Assembly: GCF_001598795.1 (NCBI RefSeq)
Contig: NZ_BCZP01000030.1
Location: forward strand, 30,001-62,000
Direction: 5' to 3'
Origin: Delftia acidovorans NBRC 14950
GTDB taxonomy: Bacteria; Pseudomonadota; Gammaproteobacteria; Burkholderiales; Burkholderiaceae_C
Length of the DNA stretch: 32,000 nt
Of this stretch, positions 26,727 through 32,000 are shown piece by piece. The stretch's first letter is position 1. Each line of letters begins with the position of its first letter. The position numbers were made by a program, and so were the translations under genes. The notes below the pieces were generated by a model. That model had not been told where the DNA came from. It did not search any database and saw only the letters and a program-made list of their open reading frames with translations.

Positions 26727-26764
26727 GCGAGGGAAGGCGCGCGGGGCCAGGCTATGGCGGGCCG

Positions 26765-27688
26765 TCAGGCCGTCAGGCGCTGCAGGGCTTCGCGGTACTT
26801 GGCGGCCGTCTTCTCGGTCACTTCCTGGGGCAGGCGCGGGGCCGGGGCGCTCTTGTCCCAGGGCTTGCCGTTGACCTGGGCCTGCTCCAGCCAGTCGCGC
26901 ACGAACTGCTTGTCGTAGCTGGGCGGGTTCTCGCCCTTGGCCAGCGCTTCGGCATAGCCTTCCACGGGCCAGTAGCGCGAGCTGTCGGGCGTGAGCACCT
27001 CGTCCATCAGCACCAGTTCGCCGTTTTCGTCCAGGCCGAATTCGAACTTGGTGTCGGCAATGATCATGCCCTTTTCGAGGGCGATGGCCGCAGCTTCCTT
27101 GTAGATGCGGATGGCCGTGTCGCGGATCTGGGAGGCCAGCTTCTCGCCGACCATCTCCACCGTGCGCTCGTAGGTGATGTTCTCGTCATGGTCGCCCATC
27201 TCGGCCTTGGCGGCCGGGGTGTAGATGGGCTCGGGCAGCTTGGCTGCGTTGGTCAGGCCTTCGGGCAGGGGCACGCCGCAGACCGAGCGCGATTCCTGGT
27301 ATTCCTTCCAGCCGCTGCCGGCCAGGTAGCCGCGCACTACGGCCTCGATCAGCACGGGCTTGAGGCGCTTGACCAGCATGGAGCGGCCCGTGACCTGGGG
27401 CACTTCGGCGGGCGTGACCACGGACTCGGGCGCTTCGCCGGTCAGGTGGTTGGGGCAGATGTGGCCGAGCTTGTCGAACCAGAACAGCGCCATTTGCGTC
27501 AGCAGCTCGCCCTTGCCGGGGATGGGCTCGCCCATGATCACGTCGAAGGCCGACAGGCGGTCCGAGGCCACCATCAGGATGCGGTCGTCGCCCACGGCAT
27601 AGTTGTCGCGCACCTTGCCGCGCGCGAGCAGCGGCAGCGAGGCAATGTTGGAAGTGTGCAGGGCGGAGGGGCGGGACTGGGTGGTCAT
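26765..27688 (-). CDS. purC: Phosphoribosylaminoimidazole-succinocarboxamide (SAICAR) synthase PurC, long form
   Basis: ..[31 protein letters not shown]......IP.KG..L......WF.......PNH.. Start at ATG 27688 ([14 protein letters not shown]..). Confidence 0.93.
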   Translation of the reverse strand: MTTQSRPSALHTSNIASLPLLARGKVRDNYAVGDDRILMVASDRLSAFDVIMGEPIPGKGELLTQMALFWFDKLGHICPNHLTGEAPESVVTPAEVPQVTGRSMLVKRLKPVLIEAVVRGYLAGSGWKEYQESRSVCGVPLPEGLTNAAKLPEPIYTPAAKAEMGDHDENITYERTVEMVGEKLASQIRDTAIRIYKEAAAIALEKGMIIADTKFEFGLDENGELVLMDEVLTPDSSRYWPVEGYAEALAKGENPPSYDKQFVRDWLEQAQVNGKPWDKSAPAPRLPQEVTEKTAAKYREALQRLTA

Positions 27689-27706
27689 GTGAGGCAAGGG
27701 GCAATC

Positions 27707-27722
27707 TGGCAAAGAGGCTGCA
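27707..27722 (+). promoter_or_regulatory. Sigma-54-like -24/-12 element TGGCAAAGAGGCTGCA (GG and GC at canonical spacing)
   Basis: By hand alignment it matches 9 of the 12 defined positions of TGGCACG-N4-TTGCW. It points toward hpf but lies about 330 nt upstream of its ATG, and it overlaps the purC leader on the other strand. Confidence 0.2.
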
Positions 27723-27916
27723 GCGGCCGGATGGCTGCAAGCGGCACGCGCAGGAGCGCGATTCTAACCAACGGCGCCTCACGGTGACGGGCGGCCCTTG
27801 GCAAGCCCCACCCCAGGGGCGCAGCCTGGCAAACCCGCCGATTGTGCGCCCAATTGCATGGCGCGCAAAACCCGCCTCCAAGGCCCTGCACCGTCCTGCG
27901 CTATCGGCTTGCGGCG

Positions 27917-27973
27917 TTGCTTTTGGGCAGACCCCGGCGCATAGTGGATTCGCAAGCAAACGAATGCGCATTC
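27917..27973 (+). promoter_or_regulatory. Candidate sigma-70 promoter for hpf (TTGCTT-17 nt-CATAGT, 27917-27945) followed by the perfect 12-bp palindrome GAATGCGCATTC (27962-27973)
   Basis: Direct reading. The hexamers are weak matches (3/6 and 4/6). The palindrome is perfect. Confidence 0.25.
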
Positions 27974-28052
27974 CGGCCTGCAAGCACCTGTCCCTGCGGA
28001 TCGTCTCCCTGTGGACCGGGCTGTTTTCATCCAGAGCAAGGAGTGTTTAGAT

Positions 28053-28412
28053 ATGAATCTGACGATTAGTGGGCATCACCTGGAGGTCACTCCCTCGCTG
28101 CGCAGTTACGTCATGGCCAAGCTCGAACGCATTCTTCGACACTTTGACCAGGTGGTGGATGTAAAGGTCTTGCTGACCGTTCATAACCAAAAGGAGAAGG
28201 AAAAGCGCCAACGTGCCGGTTGCACGCTGCGCGTCAAGGGCCAGGATCTTTTTGTCGAGACCTCTCACTTCGATCTCTACGCCGCCGTCGATGCGCTGGC
28301 TGACAAGCTGGACCGCGTGGTGGTGCGCTACAAGACCCGCCAGCAGGGCAGCCGCTATGGTTCGGCCAAGCGACTCGATGATGCTGGGCTGACCTTGGCG
28401 TCAGTCGGGTGA
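28053..28412 (+). CDS. hpf: Ribosome hibernation promoting factor HPF (short form; sigma-54 modulation protein family)
   Basis: [34 protein letters not shown]......K......A....V.G.DLFVE....DLYAA.D.L.DKL.R.V.. AGGAG RBS. Start trimmed to ATG 28053. Confidence 0.9.
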   Translation: MNLTISGHHLEVTPSLRSYVMAKLERILRHFDQVVDVKVLLTVHNQKEKEKRQRAGCTLRVKGQDLFVETSHFDLYAAVDALADKLDRVVVRYKTRQQGSRYGSAKRLDDAGLTLASVG

Positions 28413-28484
28413 CAGGTAAGGCGTCTGCCCTGTGCGGGCGCTTACAATACCTGCGCTTATGTGGCTGATGAGCCACGCACGACC

Positions 28485-28507
28485 ACCGCCCTTCGGGGCG
28501 GTTTTTG
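28485..28507 (+). terminator. Rho-independent terminator/attenuator between hpf and ptsN
   Basis: accgccc-ttcg-gggcggt followed by TTTT(T). A second hairpin, gtggct-gatg-agccac, lies at 28461-28476. Confidence 0.62.
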
Positions 28508-28567
28508 ATGGGGGTCAGGGTTTCCCCACGGTTTCCGGCACTGCGGTGCATAATTGTTTCCCGAACC

Positions 28568-29041
28568 ATGAACCGTCTTGCCTCCATCCTGCCCGCCGCT
28601 CAAGTGCTCGTGAGCGTCGACGTCACCAGCAAAAAGCGCGCTTTCGAAGAAGCAGGTCTGCTCTTCGAGAGCCTGCATGGCCTGTCCCGCGCACTCATCA
28701 CCGACAGCCTGTTTGCACGCGAACGCCTGGGCTCGACGGGGCTCGGCCACGGCGTGGCCATTCCCCATGGGCGCATCAAGGGTCTGACCGCTCCCATGGC
28801 GGCCGTGTTCCAACTGGACAATCCCATTGGTTTCGATGCCCCCGATGAGCAGCCCGTGGGCCTGCTGATCTTTCTGCTGGTGCCCGAAGCGGCCACCCAG
28901 AAGCATCTGGAAATCCTGTCCGAAATCGCCGAGCTTCTCAGCGACAGCCAGCTGCGCGAGCGCCTGAAGTCCTGCGCCGATGCGGCCCGGCTGCATGGAA
29001 TGATTGCCGGCTGGCAGTCCTCCGCTGCGCCCCTGGTCTAG
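28568..29041 (+). CDS. ptsN: PTS(Ntr) EIIA nitrogen-regulatory protein PtsN
   Basis: ..[12 protein letters not shown].........I...[23 protein letters not shown]......[32 protein letters not shown].. with the phospho-His in AIPHGR. Confidence 0.9.
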   Translation: MNRLASILPAAQVLVSVDVTSKKRAFEEAGLLFESLHGLSRALITDSLFARERLGSTGLGHGVAIPHGRIKGLTAPMAAVFQLDNPIGFDAPDEQPVGLLIFLLVPEAATQKHLEILSEIAELLSDSQLRERLKSCADAARLHGMIAGWQSSAAPLV

Positions 29042-29081
29042 TCTTCCAGACTTATTCCTTCCCCTTTTCACGGGCCTTGCC

Positions 29082-30038
29082 ATGAGACCCAGTGCCATCA
29101 GCGCCGATGTCCTGTTCGAGGAGTTCCGCTCCAGCCTGCGCTGGGAGTGGGTGGCGGGCCTGGGAGCCTCGGAGCGCCGTTTCGACGAGATGGCCGTGCG
29201 CTCGGCGCGCTCCGGCGCGGACCTCGTCGGCTACCTGAACTACATCCATCCCTACCGGCTGCAGGTGCTGGGCGAGCGCGAGATCGCCTATCTGAGCAAT
29301 GCCACGCCGCAGGACTGCCAGCGCCGCGTGGCACGCATCGTCACGCTGGAGCCGCCCGTGCTGGTGCTGGCCGACGGGCAGACGGCGCCCGATGCGCTGC
29401 TGTCCATGTGCGAGCGCGCCCACATTCCCATGTTCTCCACGCGCGAGCAGTCGGCCTTCGTGATCGATGTGCTGCGCGCCTACCTGGCCAAGCATTTCGC
29501 CGACCGCACCACCATGCACGGCGTGTTCATGGACATCCTGGGCATGGGGGTGCTGATCACGGGCGAGTCGGGCCTGGGCAAGAGCGAGCTGGGACTGGAA
29601 CTGGTGACGCGCGGCAACGGCCTGGTGGCCGATGACGCGGTGGACCTGTACCGCATCAACCAGACGACGATCGAGGGCAAGTGCCCCGAGCTGCTGCAGA
29701 ACCTGCTGGAAGTGCGCGGCATCGGGCTGCTGGACATCCGCGCCATCTTTGGCGAGACGGCCGTGCGCCGCAAGATGCGCCTCAAGCTCATCGTGCACCT
29801 GGTGCGCAAGGAAACCATGGAGCGCGAGTACGAGCGCCTGCCGGCCGAGCCGCTGACGCAGGATGTGCTCGGAGTGCCCGTGCGCAAGGTGGTGATCCAG
29901 GTGGTGGCGGGCCGCAACATCGCCGTGCTGGTCGAGGCCGCCGTGCGCAATGCCATCTTGCAGCTGCGCGGCATCGACACCTACCAGGAATTCGTGCAGC
30001 GCCACCGCCGCGCCATGGAGCGCGGCGACACCTTCTAG
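29082..30038 (+). CDS. hprK: HPr kinase/phosphorylase HprK (full length)
   Basis: ..[41 protein letters not shown]......[28 protein letters not shown].. (P-loop GESGLGKSE). Confidence 0.92.
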   Translation: MRPSAISADVLFEEFRSSLRWEWVAGLGASERRFDEMAVRSARSGADLVGYLNYIHPYRLQVLGEREIAYLSNATPQDCQRRVARIVTLEPPVLVLADGQTAPDALLSMCERAHIPMFSTREQSAFVIDVLRAYLAKHFADRTTMHGVFMDILGMGVLITGESGLGKSELGLELVTRGNGLVADDAVDLYRINQTTIEGKCPELLQNLLEVRGIGLLDIRAIFGETAVRRKMRLKLIVHLVRKETMEREYERLPAEPLTQDVLGVPVRKVVIQVVAGRNIAVLVEAAVRNAILQLRGIDTYQEFVQRHRRAMERGDTF

Positions 30039-30155
30039 CGACCTCTGGCGTCGCCGAGGCCGGGCCGCCTGTTGCCTGGCCCCCACTGTTTTCAACGCGA
30101 TTGTTTGCTGGCCGTGCGCCCATGTTTGCGCGCGGTGCGTTGTTGCTGCTTTCTT

Positions 30156-30174
30156 AATAAGAATAATTCTCATT
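30156..30174. promoter_or_regulatory. Fur-box-like sequence aataagaataattctcatt
   Basis: About 12/19 matches to GATAATGATAATCATTATC by hand alignment. It lies in the only AT-rich island of the hprK/TBDR intergenic region, immediately upstream of a perfect TATAAT and about 105 nt upstream of a siderophore-receptor gene. Confidence 0.45.
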
Positions 30175-30177
30175 TTC

Positions 30178-30183
30178 TATAAT
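30178..30183 (+). promoter_or_regulatory. Perfect -10 hexamer TATAAT for the TonB-dependent receptor gene
   Basis: Direct reading. No good -35 is present, which is typical when a repressor box occupies that position. Confidence 0.4.
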
Positions 30184-30206
30184 TCGGGCAGATGCCGTAT
30201 CCGGCC

Positions 30207-30226
30207 TGTGTCCGAGTGTGTCCGAG
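30207..30226 (+). repeat. Exact 10-nt tandem duplication tgtgtccgag x2 in the receptor 5' leader
   Basis: Direct reading. Confidence 0.85.
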
Positions 30227-30278
30227 TGGCTCCGGGCTGGATGCGGCGCATTTCCTTCCGTCTCGAAAGCCCTCCCGG

Positions 30279-32000
30279 ATGTCTTCCCGTACCCGCATCG
30301 GCCTGCCGCGCACAGGCGCCGTCAGCCCCTTCACCCCTGTTTGCACCCCTGTTTGCACGCTCCACCGCCTGGGCACCATCGCCCGTGTCTGCGCCATGGT
30401 GGCTGCCGCGGCGCTGCCCGCGGGCGCCTGGGCCGCTGACGCCGAGCTGGGCGAGGTCACGGTGCGCGGCACCACCGATCCCCAGACCCTTCCCACGGTG
30501 GCCCCGGGCGGCCAGGTGGCCAAGGGTGCGGGCCTGGGCGTGCTGGGCCAGCGCGATGTGATGGACACGCCGTTCAACATCACCTCCTACACGGCCGAAG
30601 GCATTGCCAACCAGAACGCGGCCACGCTGATGTCGGTGCTGGAAAACGATCCTTCGGTGCGATTCACCACCAACACCGGCCATGCCTACGAGAACTTCAC
30701 CATCCGCGGCCTGGGGGTGAATGCCTCGGAGCTGGGCTTCAACGGCCTGTATGGCCTGGCGCCCGACGGCCACGTGCCCGTCGAGATGATCGAGCGCGTG
30801 GAGGTGCTCAAGGGCCCCGGTGCGCTGATGAGCGGCATGACGCCCGGCGGTGCCGTGGGCGGCACCATCAACCTGGTGACCAAACGCCCGCTGGCCCAGG
30901 ATCTCACGCGCGTGACCACCATGTTCAGCAGCGGCTCGCAGCTGGGCCTGCAGGCCGATGTCTCGCGCCGCTTCGGCCCCGAGCGCCGCCTGGGTATACG
31001 CGTCAACGGCAGCACCTCGAGCGGCGACACCGAGATCGACGGCCAGAACCGCCGCCACGGCCTGGGCGCGCTGGCGCTGGACTACCAGGGCGACGGATTC
31101 ACGCTGGGGCTGGATGCCTACAGCTACCGCTCCACCATCCGCGATGGCAGCCCGATGATGGTCAGCATGCAGAACCTCAAGCAGGTCATCGCGGCGCCCG
31201 ACGCCACGACCAACCTGTTCCCCGGCATACACGCCAAGCAGCAAAGCGATGCGCTGATGCTGCGCGGCTCGGTGGACCTGGGCGCGGACTGGACGCTGTT
31301 CGGCTCCGCAGGCACGGCGCAGCATGCCTACGACGGCATGCTCAACGGCACGCGCGTGGTGCTGCGCGCCCAGGGCGACGGCTCGGCCGTGGGCCAGACC
31401 TACAACCAGTACGGCTATACCGACAGCACGGCGGCCGAGTTCGGCGTGCGCGGGCGCCTGCGCACGGGCGGCGTGAACCACCTGCTGGTAGCCTCCCTGA
31501 ACTGGATGAACCAGAAGGGCGGGCGCGCGGCCGTGGCCACCAGCGCCAGCTACATCACCAACATCTACAACCCCGCGCCCATCACGCTGGCCGGCCCCTA
31601 CGGCGCCATCAAGCAGGAGCGCGACGATGTGCTCAGCAGCCTGGCCCTGGCCGACACGCTGAGCTGGGGAGGCGATGCCGTGCAACTGACCGTGGGCGCA
31701 CGCCTGCAGCGCGTGAACCAGAAGATGGCGGGCTACAACGAGCAGGCCGTCTCGCCCGCGCTGGGCCTGGTGGTCAAGCCCTGGGGCGATGCGGTCTCGC
31801 TGTACGCCAACCATGTGCAGGGCCTGAGCGCGGGCTCCATCGTCGGCGCCACCTATGCCAATGCCGGCGAAGTGTTCGCGCCTTACAAGACCAAACAGTT
31901 CGAGATCGGCGCCAAGTGGCGCACGGGTGATTTCACGCAGACGGTCTCGCTGTTCCAGATCGAGCGGCCCTCGTCCGTGGTGGAGACAGCGACCAACCGC
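30279..32000 (+). CDS. TonB-dependent siderophore receptor (FhuE/FhuA-like), 3' end outside the window
   Basis: My own translation, frame 3, open from 30279 to the window end. Signal ..ARVCAMVAAAALPAGAWA|ADAELGEVTVRG (TonB-box-like). Plug-domain motifs follow: ..RDVMDTPFNITSYTAEGIANQNAATLMSVLENDPSV.. and ..NFTIRGL....E.GFNGLYG........VEMIERVEVLKGPGALMSG..PGGAVGGTINLVTKRP.. Then beta-barrel strands. It is not in the ORF track because there is no stop. The start could be ATG 30279 or 30396. Confidence 0.88.
   Translation, partial: MSSRTRIGLPRTGAVSPFTPVCTPVCTLHRLGTIARVCAMVAAAALPAGAWAADAELGEVTVRGTTDPQTLPTVAPGGQVAKGAGLGVLGQRDVMDTPFNITSYTAEGIANQNAATLMSVLENDPSVRFTTNTGHAYENFTIRGLGVNASELGFNGLYGLAPDGHVPVEMIERVEVLKGPGALMSGMTPGGAVGGTINLVTKRPLAQDLTRVTTMFSSGSQLGLQADVSRRFGPERRLGIRVNGSTSSGDTEIDGQNRRHGLGALALDYQGDGFTLGLDAYSYRSTIRDGSPMMVSMQNLKQVIAAPDATTNLFPGIHAKQQSDALMLRGSVDLGADWTLFGSAGTAQHAYDGMLNGTRVVLRAQGDGSAVGQTYNQYGYTDSTAAEFGVRGRLRTGGVNHLLVASLNWMNQKGGRAAVATSASYITNIYNPAPITLAGPYGAIKQERDDVLSSLALADTLSWGGDAVQLTVGARLQRVNQKMAGYNEQAVSPALGLVVKPWGDAVSLYANHVQGLSAGSIVGATYANAGEVFAPYKTKQFEIGAKWRTGDFTQTVSLFQIERPSSVVETATNR
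30332..30355 (+). repeat. Exact in-frame 12-nt tandem duplication cacccctgtttg x2 (encodes TPVC-TPVC) in the receptor N-terminal extension
   Basis: Direct reading. Confidence 0.85.

Noticed and set aside
18567-26764. The 8-kb block between purE-purK and purC (ABC pair, thioredoxin-TPR, aminotransferase IV, two LysR genes, EamA, DJ-1) considered as a possible genomic island splitting a pur cluster.
   Set aside because: There is no integrase, transposase, tRNA or flanking direct repeats. I see no visible change in GC content or codon style. The gene content is housekeeping or regulatory. I cannot verify from the window that purC is normally adjacent to purEK in relatives.
27689-27900. A ZTP (pfl) or purine riboswitch in the purC leader.
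   Set aside because: I read the minus-strand leader and found a plausible TAGAAT -10 and a small hairpin (gcagc..gctgc). I did not find the conserved ZTP elements (GGGUCGUGACUGGCG... / ...CCGCCUGGGCA) or a purine-riboswitch three-way junction. The nearest look-alike (gcagcctggca) is on the wrong strand and imperfect. An Infernal scan would be decisive.
28508-28567. An internal ptsN promoter (gtgCATAATtg at 28546-28556).
   Set aside because: Only a -10-like hexamer is present. No acceptable -35 lies at 16-18 nt, and the TG is not correctly placed for an extended -10. I mention it under the hpf-ptsN-hprK cluster finding but do not call it as a feature.
30279-30560. An N-terminal signalling (STN/FecA-type) extension on the TonB-dependent receptor, implying ECF-sigma cell-surface signalling.
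   Set aside because: After the predicted signal cleavage the sequence goes straight into a TonB-box-like ELGEVTVRG and the plug domain. There is no ~80-aa STN domain, and no fecI/fecR-like genes are adjacent.
29950-30561. ORFs 29950..30561 (+) and 30218..30439 (+), considered as a leader peptide or small protein upstream of, or overlapping, the receptor gene.
   Set aside because: Both are out of frame with the clearly coding TonB-dependent receptor frame. They translate to Pro/Arg/Ala-rich sequence and have no RBS. The receptor frame explains the region.

Overview
This is a GC-rich segment with strong third-position GC bias. It reads like ordinary core chromosome of a Comamonadaceae-type betaproteobacterium: Bug/TctC receptors, hpf-ptsN-hprK, class I purE/purK.

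I call 31 protein genes, listed left to right with strand in brackets:
- RidA fragment (+)
- corA (-)
- tsaB-rimI-UDG-fold operon (-)
- dacB/PBP4 (+)
- SGNH lipoprotein and ompW (+)
- mmsA/iolA (-), divergent from a LysR gene (+)
- iolC(DUF2090 fusion)-iolB-Bug-Bug operon (-), divergent from an RpiR regulator (+)
- purE-purK-tsaC (-)
- ABC ATPase plus an orphan polytopic membrane protein (-)
- thioredoxin-TPR (+)
- class IV aminotransferase (-), divergent from a LysR gene (+)
- LysR (-), divergent from an EamA gene (+)
- DJ-1/PfpI (-)
- purC (-)
- hpf-ptsN-hprK (+)
- a 3'-truncated TonB-dependent siderophore receptor (+) that is missing from the ORF track because it has no stop in the window

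I found no rRNA, tRNA, CRISPR, transposase, integrase, phage or recognisable defence genes. The many long antisense ORFs in the track are GC-composition artefacts. Several track ORFs also carry spurious N-terminal extensions, which I trimmed to starts supported by RBS, conserved N-termini or gene overlaps.

I do not see a convincing novel multi-gene system. The candidates most worth follow-up are:
1. A 'lower-half' inositol/5-deoxyglucuronate operon that carries two Bug carboxylate receptors and has no iolG/E/D nearby.
2. An ABC-2 ATPase translationally coupled to a roughly 12-helix Trp-rich membrane protein I cannot assign to a family.
3. A UDG-fold protein with degenerate catalytic motifs, translationally coupled to tsaB-rimI.
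4. Several regulatory-looking DNA elements: an AT-rich repeat island at the iol/rpiR promoter, symmetric ATCAAGAAAA boxes, a Fur-like box, a sigma-54-like element, and short in-frame tandem duplications.

All family assignments are by eye from motifs. None has been checked against a database.
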